From NCBI GenBank assembly GCA_010015805.1, contig ML978136.1:62001-126000 (forward strand): a stretch of 64,000 nt of DNA, written 5' to 3'. This DNA comes from Rhizodiscina lignyota. Taxonomy: Eukaryota. This document shows positions 1 to 11,674 of the stretch, one piece after another. The notes under the pieces were generated by a model. The model did no database searches and had not been told where the DNA came from. It saw nothing but the letters and a program-made list of their open reading frames with translations. The position numbers and the translations under genes are program-made. Position 1 is the stretch's first letter. Each line of letters starts with the position of its first letter.

Positions 1-1372
1 AGATTGCTGAAAGATGCAGGGGCAGTACCGTTCGTCAAGACGAATCTACCAATCACCCTCCTCTCCTTTGAGTCCACGAACGACCTCTGGGGCCGCACAT
101 CCAACCCTCACAACGCTGCATACTCACCTGGAGGTTCAACGGGCGGCGAAGCTGCGCTCCTTGCTTTCGGCGGCTCACGAATTGGCATTGGTTCGGATGT
201 GGCAGGCTCAGTGCGTGCGCCCGCGCATTTCTCAGGGTGCTACAGTATACGGTGCAGTACGGGGCGATGGCCGAAAGCAGGAGTGGAAACAAGCATGCTA
301 GGCCAGGAGGCCATAGCGAGCGTCTTCAGTCCAATGGCTAGGACAATGGGAGATCTGACGTATTTTACACGCTCTATTATCGGGATGAAGCCTTGGAAGT
401 ACGACCACACGGTTCATCCGATTGAGTGGAGAGATAGTATGGTTGATGAATATGCCACCAAGTCCAAGCTACGAGTTGGCATCCTGAGAACTGATGGCGT
501 AGTTGATCCTGCACCAGCGTGTGCGAGGGCACTGCAGATGGTTGCGGATGCGCTGCAGGGAGGCGGCCATGATGTCTTCGATGTCGTGCCGCCTGGATCG
601 CCAGCATCGTGCTACGATGCGCTAGTTGTGGCCTCGCAGGGCCTCAACGCAGACGGGTGTCGCACCTTTAGAAGCCACTTCCGTACAGGCGAGACCGATG
701 ACCCTGGAGCTCGAGAGATGCGACGGCTCATGAGCTGGCCAGCCCCATTCAGGTACTTGTATTATCTTTGGTATAAGTACGTCTGGAGAGATCCCATATG
801 GGCGGGGCTAGTGCGAGACTGGTCTGGGAAGAGTTCCTTCGAGCAGTGGAAGATAGTCGCAAAGCGAGAGGGCATCAAAGCGAGGTGGCATGAGTGGTGG
901 GAGAATGAGACGGGCGCCGAGAAGATGGATATCCTGCTAACAGTGCCAAATGCGACTCCTGCCGTACCAGCGGGAGGAATGAAGGAGGCAGTCAGTAGCT
1001 GTGGATACACTTTCCTGTTCAATTTGGTAAGTCCGTTGTATCCCTTCGCCTTTGCACGAACCGGATTTACCTTAAATTTGAGTACATGCTGACAAGAGCT
1101 TACAGCTCGACTACCCATGCGGAATTATCCCCGTCACGCACGTCGATCCTGCAAAGGATGCGCTCTCCTCGACCTTCAATATCAGGAAGCTCAACGGTGT
1201 CGCACGCGGCGCGTATGTCCATTACGATGCACAGAAGATGGCAGGATTGCCGGTCGCCATCCAAGTCGTTGGCCAAAGGCTTGAGGAAGAGAAGGTCCTT
1301 GCGGTGATGGAGAGAATCGAAACTCTACTCGAGGAAAGAGGAGAGAAGTATCAACTTTTAGAAGTGGATTGA
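1..1372 (+). CDS. Amidase signature family protein (acetamidase/fatty-acid amide hydrolase-like), 5'-truncated by window edge
   Basis: Signature GGSTGGE...GIGSDVAGSVRAPA. Intron 1027-1105 (GTAAGT..GCTGAC..TACAG); last exon LDYPCGIIPV...EEEKVLAVM...EVD*, stop 1370-1372. Confidence 0.92.
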
Positions 1373-1667
1373 ATTGTCTGAATCCCAGACGTAACTACGT
1401 CCTGAAGTGAATCTATTATTGCTTGAGGCCCTGCTTTTCGGTCCGGGAACAGATTCCGCTACCTGTTCCATAGAAGCTGCACAGCTCACGTGTAGTAGCT
1501 AACCAGCAAGTCGTCTTTTACCTCCAGACAGAAGAGACCGTATCAAATGAGAGACATTCCACCGCAAGAAGATCAGAGAAAACATGTGCGCCGCCTCGAA
1601 AGTATCCAGCAAATAAAAAAATCCCGTCATGGCTGGTACCTCGTGACTCATCCCAAACTCAAGCCGG

Positions 1668-4083
1668 CTACGAGTATGCTATACTTCCACGTTTACGAAA
1701 GCCGAAGAGCTCCAGCACGCTTCCCTTCCTTTTCCCGCCCGCTTGACCCCCTTGATCCGCAACGCTCGCCTTGGTCAACATGATCGAAGGTGGGTCCACG
1801 CGTTTGCTCTTACGCACCAAGCCTAGCTCCTCGATCGTGCTCGTCTTCCTCGATGATTCGTCGCCAATCCTCGGGGTGCGCACGAACACGGCGACTATTA
1901 AAAAGCCTGCCACCGAGAGAGCGACACCGAACCAGAATACGGCTTGGAGGCTTTTGACATCTCCCATCCCGCCACTTGTATCATCATCGGCAATGGGCTC
2001 ATGGTTCGCCTTTGCTGCGGCGCTCTGTACCATATCCCCCAAGCACAACGAAAACGCAATCGAAACGTTGACGACGACACTACAGAGTGCACCTGCGAGG
2101 CCTTGATATCGGACAGGCTGGATGTCCGTGCAAAACAGGGTGAAGATCAGATATGTTAGATCCGATCCCAGGGTGCCGAAGATCATGGAGAGGAACACGA
2201 GGGGAAAGTAGTTCGTATTCGGCGCAACGGCGATGAAAAGCGGCGCGAGGATCCATGCGAGGCCGGAGAAGAGAAGGAGCCACATGGCAGGGACAATGTG
2301 GATGATACTCCCGCTAACCACAGATATGATCAGCCCGCCGACAGCCATTGGAGTGAAGTAAAGAACGGTCTGAAGAGGAGAGGCGTTCATGACCTGTTGC
2401 ATGCTGCGCCTTGTTAGCTTGAATTAACGGCAATGTACACGACTTAAGGATTATAAATGGAGAGATTATGACGTACTAAAAGGTGGAGTAGAAGAGAAAG
2501 ACGCCGAAGCAGCCAAAGAAAAAGAGGCAGGCAACAACCATCGGCTTGATGCCCTTTGGTCTGAAGAACTCTCCAGGCAGAAGCGGGCAGGTCACGACCT
2601 TTGCCTCTAGCACAATTGCGAGTACAAACAGCGCGAGTCCGACGAGGAAAGGTGCAAGGATGACTGGGTTCGCCCATCCACCTGCGGTATGCGATGCTGC
2701 AGCGAGTGCATAAGCTACCATGATGAGGCCAGCCGCTAAAGTGATAGAGCCAGACCAATCCATCTTCAGGTCCTCATGGCGCTCACTCCAGGCAGCGTAC
2801 GGGACCGAAAGATATGCTGCGATCGCGGTGATGGCAGCGAGGAGAGATGCGGTCCAGAAATACCAACCCCAGTGGGCATAGTGGAGAGCGACGCCGCCTA
2901 CGAGAATTCCAAGGTAGAAGCCGAGAGGAGCGCACGCTCCATAGATGCCAAAGAAGATGTTCCGGCGCCTGCCTGGCTTATAAGCATTGCCGATCAGAGA
3001 GAAGCTTGCCGGCTCGAACGCTGCAATCGCAATTCCCTGCATAGCCCTGAACACATCGAGCTGGGCTTCGGTGGTGGTGAATCCCGCTGCGCCTGTGAAC
3101 GCAATGAGGAACAGAAGGCCGACCATGAAGAATGGGTAGCCGCCGTAGATGTCGGAAAGCCGAGCGAAGGGTAAGACTAGCGCTGACAAGACGAGTGAGA
3201 GGATGCTGGTAGGCCACATGGGCGAGATCGATGAACCGCTCCTCAGTTCCGCCGCAATCGACGGCAGGATCACTCCAAATCCCGAAATCATGAACTCCTA
3301 AAGGCAGTCAGATGATAAAGTAGGCACTAATACAGCTCCACAACATACCGCAAGCACCTGTGTCATAGCCATAGCGAAGCCGAAACCAATCTCAGACTTG
3401 AGAGAGTGAAACGCTTGTCCACGCCGAGGCTCATGCTCGAGCACAAGTCCAGCATCGTTCAATTCAAAACTCGTCCTGGCAGAACTAAGGGCGCTTCGGG
3501 GGCTATCCGGGGCACTGAAAGGAGACATAGCAGCAGAGCGGTCCACTGAATCACCCTTTGAGCCATCCGCCGCGACGCTATGAATTCCCGGCTGTCCCGG
3601 CACCGAAGTGACCATGTCCCTTATAGTCTCGCGTAATTTATCAGGATCAAATATGTCAACGGTGGGTTTTTCAGAGCTTCCGGCGCTTCCTGCCGGCGAT
3701 ACGTCTCGATATGGTCGAGGGGGGGCATATCGAGCTCGCGGTGAATCTAGAAGTGGTGAACGTGAGCGGCCGCGAAGGGAACTTTCACAAGGTGATGCTA
3801 TCGAACCATTATCGCCTTGCGCAGATGAGGCAAACTGTAGTGGAGACCGCGAACGATTTCGAGAGGGAGACCGCGATTTCTCTCTTCTGTAGCGTCTGAG
3901 AGAATCAAGGCTGGAGAGCCTCAAGATTGTCGGTCTTTGCTGTCGTCGCGATGCGATGGTATCGACGGGCGAGTGCGGTGGAGTGGAATCGACCGATGTC
4001 CCCAGACTCGCAGTTTCGGTGGCAGGTTCTTGGGGCAGGATGCTGGACAAAGACTTGGGACTGACGGATCGTTCCTCAGCCAT
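1668..4083 (-). CDS. MFS drug:H+ antiporter (DHA2-like, ~14 TM) with long Ser/Arg-rich N-terminus
   Basis: Exons ~4083-3349, 3297-2477, 2403-1668 join in frame. Motif A-like ARLSDIYG; many hydrophobic segments. Alternative ATG at 4110. Confidence 0.9.
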
Positions 4084-5052
4084 GCTGTCAGTGGTGAAGT
4101 GCCGATGCACAATTTAATGTGTTCCAATGTTGAGGTGAGATTCCATCAGGATGCGGTTCTTGGATGAGGTCGAGTGTAGCTATCAGAGCGACGCAACTGT
4201 GAGGTTGGAGAACAAGAAGTGAAAGTTAGCAGAGCGTGTGTGTTAGCGCGAACCATTCACATGGTCTGCTAGCATTATGTCAGAAGTAGAGTCGAGTCCA
4301 AAGCTCGGAAAGCAAAGGTAAATGAACTTCATTGAGTGCCGAGTATGGCGATTAGGTAAGGAGATGTGAATGAAGAAGGAGCGCCACCAGCACATCAAAC
4401 CCGAGGAACATGGCAGGCACAGAGGAGAGTATTTTATCTTCTCGCATACGAAAATAATGTCGCACTACTTTTGAAGTGTCCCTCGATGAGTCTTCCACAA
4501 ACGATGATATGCTCAGAATGCGGCATCGTTGGACAGTGCTCGACAGCGGGACAGCGACACAGTATGCCCAGTATTGCATTTGATAATTCACCTCTAAATC
4601 AATTTCTTACCATCTATGCGGCTTTTCACTTGACGGTAAGCATAATTCGCGCTGTTGCGTTGGGTATCGAGTTTTGCCTGTACAGGTAGAGGGACCTTCA
4701 AGTTCACACTCCATGGCTTCATGAGAACAAGAATGAACAGTGTAGTAGAATATGTCCCTCAAAAGCTCATGTCCTATCTCTTCTGCGCGGTGGATAGCTC
4801 TGCTCTAGAAAGGACGCAGAATCAGCGATTGAGCAAGGGCAAATGAAAATTTAAGATGGGACGAAGTTCGATGAACCAAATCTGCTTAGTCATGAGATCT
4901 CCACTTCCAGCCTCCCTGCCTCTCGATGGCGATAGAAGTAGAAAATTTTGGTCGCTTTCGAGGACAGCTATAATCGATAGCTTCTAAGACGAACTAAGTG
5001 TACAAGTTTTCAATTCTGTTGTCGTTATATGCACTCCGAGGTTGTGGACAAT

Positions 5053-5110
5053 TTAGGGTTAAGGGTTGTTGAGGGCTGGGGTTAGGGTTGAAGTTAAATT
5101 TTAGTAACCC
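5053..5110 (+). repeat. Short degenerate telomere-like (TTAGGG) cluster
   Basis: TTAGGGTTAAGGGTT..GAGGG..GGGGTTAGGGTT plus an inverse TAACCC at 5105-5110. Confidence 0.5.
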
Positions 5111-5603
5111 CCTGTTCCTTCATCGCATATGTACGTACGGAATACACCTGCCCTCATTCTTTCTATCTCTCTCCGTCTCATTACTTTCGAATAGATGAAG
5201 AAAGTGCACATCCCCCTCCTATATACTCAGTCTATTCGACGTCACAGGTCAACGTTTTGTGAGCCCTCTCCGGGGTCCGGTTGGCCGCGGTCGGAAATAT
5301 ATTATGGTCGGACAAGCTAGGCCGATTTTCGTCTCTCCTTAATACTTCGGAATAATCAAGGGTGCCGTTTCGTTTCACTCTAATTATATGGGCCTCTTCA
5401 TAGCGATAATTTCGCCTAGACGCTTTCAAATCAATTTAGAGCGGTGGGAATGAGGGCACAATGTCCACATCCTCCCCACTTACGTATGTTTCGTTTCATG
5501 GGTGTTCTGGGGACGGTTGAAATATTCGTTTCCTTCCCTCAACTTTGCTCTGATCTCAGTCGTTCTCTACCCAGCAACTTCAATTCAAATTTTCAACTTC
5601 GCA

Positions 5604-6652
5604 ATGAAGTCTTCAATTCTTCTTCTGTCTTGCCTTTCAGCTCTGGCAGCTGCTTCGCCTACGCGCACCCTCCAAAAGCGAGCGGATAGCTGCGGGCAAT
5701 ATGATACGATTCAGACAGGTGATTACACGGTTTACCAGGTGGGCCTCCCAGCCAATTGCTGAGGATATTTCTAATATTTGCACAGAATCTTTGGGGAGAG
5801 AGCTCCGCGACTTCTGGCAGCCAATGCTCTGGCGTAGACAGCCTGAGCGGTAGCACTCTTGCATGGCACACGACCTGGACTTGGGCCGGCGGGTAAGCCC
5901 ATTCCTTCAGTTACATAGTTGTTAGCTTCTTTCATGCTAAACTCCCATAGTCAAGGCCAAGTCAAGTCATTCGCCAATGCCGGCCTCACCATGAGCGCGG
6001 TTCAGCTCAGTAACCTGGGATCCGTATCGACGACATGGTCTTGGAGCTACACTGGAAGCGATATCGTTGCCGACGTAGCCTACGACATGTTTACCTCTTC
6101 TTCTCCTGGAGGTAGCGATGAGTATGAGGTCATGATCTGGCTGGCTGCCCTCGGCGGAGCAGGGCCAATCTCAAGCACCGGCTCACCTATTGATACACCC
6201 ACCGTAGCTGGACACAGCTGGAAACTCTACAATGGCATGAATGGCGCCATGAATGTGTATAGCTTCGTCACCAGTGGCGACAGCATCGAAGACTTCTCCG
6301 CAGATATTGCGGATTTCTTCACGTACCTCGAGTCGGAGCAGAGCATGCCGTCAAGCCAATACCTGCTGAGCATCCAAGCAGGCACTGAGCCATTCTCGTA
6401 GGTTCAAGAATATCACATATTGTGATACCGGTGCTGACATGCCACAGTGGAACCGATGCCAAACTTACTACGACGGCTTACAGCGTTGCCCTTGCCGATG
6501 GTGACAGCGCTTCGAGCAACACTACCTCCGCAGCTACGGCGAGCTCTTCAGGCGCAGCAAGCTCTTCCATATCGGCTGCTCCAACAACAGCTGTAGCTGC
6601 TGCTGCTGCAAGTACGAGTTCCACTGGTGCCTGTAAGAGGAAGGCAAGATGA
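5604..6652 (+). CDS. Secreted glycoside hydrolase family 12 (xyloglucan-specific endo-beta-1,4-glucanase-like)
   Basis: Signal peptide [17 protein letters not shown]. Motifs [37 protein letters not shown]. Three introns (~5740-5785, 5893-5950, 6398-6447); Ser/Ala/Thr tail. Confidence 0.95.
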
Positions 6653-6719
6653 GTGGTTTCGCACCAGGACTTGATTCTTTTGTACATATTGACTACATGT
6701 CGGCCTACATATGCATCAT

Positions 6720-8057
6720 CTACCCCACCACCGCCTCCAGTATCGTCATGACCTGTGACTCTTGATCTATCGGTATCGGATTTGTCTTGATCCACTGATC
6801 ATGCAAGCTGTTTTTGGCCAGGGTATCCAACTTATCTCTCCCAACGCCCTTCTCCTTCAGCGACCGAGGCATCCCAAGCTCCCTTATCACAACGTCGAGC
6901 ACATCTCCCAAATCCGCCTTCTCCTTGCTCAATCCTCCTGCTTTCAGTACCTTTTCCACATCCGTATTACCCCAAAGAATCTCCAGCACCCTTGCTTGTC
7001 GATCCTTGTTGACACTCTCGTTGAACTTGCATACTGCGGGCAGCAAAATACAGCTTGTCTCTCCATGGCCAACTCCCAGCGGTCCCAGTTGGTGCTGCAA
7101 TTGTATTAGCACCATTGGCAGTTTGTACGGTATACGACAGCCACTCACCCCAATCGCATGACTTGCTCCCATCGGCACCCCATTCTTCACCGCCTGCATC
7201 GCCTTGATCACCCCCATCTGACTCTGCAGTCGTGCATCCAAATCGGTCGGATCATGCTTACACTTCAACAGCGCGGGAACCAGCAACCCAAGTGCTTCTC
7301 CGGCCGTCACGTCCGCCTCGTCATTGCTCAGCAAGCTACACATCGTCTCCACACAGTGGTCCACCCCTCTGATGCCTGTGCTCAACCACACCCATTCCGG
7401 CGTTGTGGTAGTGAGCTCTGGGTCCAAAAGGACAAGGGCGGGCCCTTTGATCGGTCCAACGAAGGCCTGCTTGTGGTGTGTGTCGTCCCGCGTGCCACCG
7501 GCCAGGTCCTGGTACTCGCCACCGGAAAGGGACGTCGGAATGCAGATGATGGGGATGGCAGGCGATTTGAGATCTGGTCGAGCGCGTTTCCAGTCGGTTC
7601 CAGAGTGCAAGTTGTTGAGCTCATCGAATGTTTTCGCATTGTTAGCCATCGCCTGCCAATTATGTTAGCTCATACATCATGAATTTCCGCCCAACACATG
7701 AACGAAGCGCACCAATGCGATGATCTTGCTCCCATCCGTTAAGCTCCCGGCCCCAAGAGTGATAATCAGATCCGCATCGACCTTCCCTGCGTCTTCTGCG
7801 ATTTCGAGGATCTCGGACCAGAGCGTGTGCGGCGTCATGCCTACTCTCACGCCCGCCACCTTGTCACCCAGCGCTTTCTTTAGCCGTTCAAGCGCGTCGG
7901 TGTTCGTAGAGAGCGACTTTGATGCGATTATATATACCCTCTTCGCATTGAATGTCTCTTGCACGTGCTTTGCGCACGCCTCAGGAAATGGGAGTCCATA
8001 TGAGACGTACGTATGTGCGCCTTCGAACGCCGGGCGGTAGGTCTCTTTGGCTGCCAT
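6720..8057 (-). CDS. Iron-containing alcohol dehydrogenase family (maleylacetate reductase-like)
   Basis: LGAGSLTDGSK, IPTSLSGGE, GVDHCVE, SHAIG|HQLG, GHGETS metal-ligand motifs; introns near 7654-7712 and 7096-7148. Confidence 0.9.
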
Positions 8058-8741
8058 TGAGGTTGAATGTTGAGTTGAGCATGTAAACTCTCGGCGTCAT
8101 ATACGATCTTTATTTATACTAGAGCGATGCTAGCCCATTCCACCCTAACAACTCCCGCGGCCCGAGTGCCAGGATGGTCGGAATTATTAATGTGTGGTCG
8201 GAATGCCCGCCGACTATTGCGGGGCAATTGTGAGCTTCATCCATTGGATAATTGGACTTTTGCATGCACTAAAAAGCCATACAATATCAAGAAGTACATA
8301 CGTAACTTCTTCGACGGCGATTGCGATTGAGCGAGAACAGCTGCACGGCATGGATGGCAAGCAGCAGGCGTTGGAGAACCAACGGAACAGATACCCCTTA
8401 TGTACCAAGAGGATGGCCTTGTCGGAGATGCTTGGTGATCAGTAAAGAGGTTACGGGCGTATGCTAATGCCTCATTGAGAATGTAGTATCCCGAGGGTGT
8501 CAAATATTTGCTGCGAGGGCAAGCTGTACGCGTAATGGCAATCATTTCTGAAAGTTCAGTTGCACCTTCTTTTGAGCGTACTAAAATAGCGAATCATTGA
8601 AAAACTTGTGCACTTTATTGTTTATAGAAGTCGCACACTATTGCTGTTCAACGCCTTGAAAGCCGCTGCTAATCGTTTTGTCACCTTCGTCAAGAGGACT
8701 TTACTCCGTGCTATACGCCTTCGCCAAACTAATACATCCTA

Positions 8742-10531
8742 TCACATGTACCATGCCATTCCAACAGCCATTACCGTAACAAGCACACTCCAAACTGCCA
8801 CCCAGGCACTCGCTCTCCCACCGACCGCTCCAGAATGCGTTGCCGAAGGCGCACTTGCCGTGCCGGAGCCAGTCCCGCTCGTCGAACTGGTCTCATTCCT
8901 ACAATCGCAATTAGCATCAGCTTCGCAACCTACCCACAAGATGACACGAACGTAGAAGAGCCAGGCGCGACATGAATCTCCCATGGGCTCGTCAGTATCG
9001 TGCCATTCGGTATGATTTTAAACTCTGGGTAGCTTGCGCTACGTGCAAGCTCACCCATCCTCGAACCGTTGACGACGGCGCCGACGAAGTCGTTCGAGAC
9101 GCTGACATAGTTGGCGAGAGCGGCGCTCGGGCTGATTGGTATCTTTGAGGTGAAGTTCGTAAAGAAGCTGAGGAGGGATGTGGTGATGAGGGGAGCATCT
9201 GTGATGGAGACATGCGAAGTTCCGACTTGGATGTATGGGTCAGCACGCACTTTCGGTATACTTGCTGTGAACCGATCCCGTGAAGGTAAAGAAGAATACA
9301 TACGTAATGTCATGAACCAACTCTCATTATTCTGCTTCAATGATCCTAGCGTAATGTCCTTGACGACATCAAAATGCTGCTGTCCGTAGAATTCAGTAGG
9401 GATGCTCGACCACTCCTCTGAATCCATAATGACGGTTGGAACTGAGACATCCGTATTCAACGGGCCGCTATCTTTACCCGGGTCAAAGTTAATGGACGCA
9501 TTTGCTGGGATGGCCGTAGATGGCGCGCCCTTGAGTGATTGTAGGGCGAGATTTGAGCCGAATGAGTGCCCGGACACTATCATATGCTGCATATCGAGAC
9601 GGTTCTTCCAAAGGTACAAGCCTTGCCCTTCGCCGCGAGAGTTAGCTGCTGTAACGGCGGCGCCGCTGCCATTGTTGATGTTCTGGACTACTATGATGGC
9701 AGCCTCCAACTCCGCTTGCCGCATCTGCAGCTGGCGCAACTTGAACTGGGTGTTGTTCATTGAAGGACTAATCTCATTAGTGACCACGACTAACTTTTCA
9801 CAAGAATTTGGAAGGCGAAAGCATACTTCACATCGTCAACCGTCAAAGCGGTGACATTCTGCGTCGGATGCCCTTTGATCATGACTTGAGTCGCTGGACT
9901 GCTGCCATCGCGATGCTGCAGCGCAGCGACGACCGAGCCTCGACTTGCCATTTCGCCCGCCCAGTTCGAATACCAGGTCCCGAGACTGCCGTCGCCAGGC
10001 GAGAACATCAGGATCGGAAACTGCGCGCTGCCACCAAGAAGGCTGACATCGACCTTTGCTGGAATGGTCAGGTTCCCAGCAAGCGTGGTCAGAGCGCCGA
10101 GGATGAAAGCAGGGTCGACGCCACCGCCAGTCGTTTTGGCGATGCCATCCGCGACGAGGGAGATTGGGCGAGGGAGCCAGAAATGCGGCGCTTTCGAAGA
10201 ATTCTGATTGCTCGGGATTGGATAGTAGAGCGAGAACAAGACGGTTTGGAGCTAGGATGCAGTTATGAGTTAGTCATGAAACGGAAGTCGCAAATATCAA
10301 GCCAACTATATGAACAGAAAGACGTATGAATTAAAATCGCACCTGGAAAGCAGCCTGTCCGGTAGCTTTGAGTGTAGTGTCCGTCACATTGCGCGGGTCC
10401 GACACAGGCACCTCGACATCGATCGTGCCAACGCTGTATTGGCCTGTGTAGTTTGGAAGCGCGGACAGGACATGATGAGAGAGAAGCGACACAAGGAAGA
10501 AGAGAGGGACCAAAGGAAATCGTATCATCAT
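8742..10531 (-). CDS. PAF-acetylhydrolase-family serine hydrolase with signal peptide and GPI-like C-terminus
   Basis: LPNYTGQYSVGTIDVEVP start, QHRDGS, nucleophile GHSFG, SEEW. Intron 8899-8951 (GTTCGT..GCTAAT..TAG) joins to a Ser/Thr/Gly spacer plus hydrophobic tail ending AWYM*. Confidence 0.85.
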
Positions 10532-11674
10532 GAAATCGGTCTTCCTGAGATGTGTGTTCACTTCAGAGCTGCATAATCAAAGGCTCCCAGGAATATTGAG
10601 GTTGATTTAAGACGCAGGCAGGAACAGGTCCGTTATGACGTGGTTGGCAGGAGTCGAGGAATCCTCCACATGCACTGCAAATATAGGTATGTAGCGAAGC
10701 GAAGCGGCCATTCGGCGAGCGCGCATCAGCGGCGGAGACATTTTGCGCCTGTCACACATTGGCGTAACCACAACCTCAGCAGTGTCCGGAGAGGACATTG
10801 GACAGCTCGTCTTGTGAGGTAGCAAAAGGGCGAGGACCCCAGTATTCCGCAGTTCGGGTTCGGAACACCTCATTAGTCACCACAAACACTGCGAGCTAAT
10901 TATGTATCACATAAAGGAGGCATCAAATGGGTAATGCGAAACGTGGAGAGAGAGGTCGATTATTAGTGAGACACATTTCAGTTATTTCATTCCTGTGGAT
11001 CCTACATGTTATTGCAGTTGCCTTCAGCACTTCTAAGAAGCTTCTACGCATCGGTGAGTTTACACCAGACATGGTCAGGGAGTAGCTTGTCAAGCTTGCC
11101 TTTAGAAGATGTACTTTTTGTGGAAAAGAAATGCCATTGCAGCTTTCATACGCTCATGAGAAACTCATTTCAACCCGCGCCGGTGCACTTGTCGCCGTGA
11201 TACGCCGAGCTCGACCGCCGAAGTTGTTAATAGCTTCTTAGAATATCAACCTCTGGAGATGAACTTGCCTCCGTCGCTTCTGACTTCCTCATGTCGCGAC
11301 AAACGTCTATCACGAGGCATGAAAGAATCGGAAAATGGTTCCCGGAGATATTATTCATTTCCCGTGTCGTATACTTCCTAATCGATTGTTGAAGAACCCC
11401 ATTGAAAAAACATTTCCACAAACCATCCGCATTGCTATGAGCTGCCCATTCAAATCCTGTCATGAGAGAAGAGAAAAAGAGAGGTAGAGGCAAAAGAGAC
11501 AATCGCACCGAATGAAATGCTGAAAAAGACTGGCTTCACTCAGAAGCCGGAGCTCATGTCGCAAGCAGAATCATCCTTCGCTCTAGAGCACCTCTATTCG
11601 CATGGAAATCACACCCTCGACGCTCCAACCATATGCACTCGTCACCAATCCGCAGCCATATTCTGAGATGGAAG

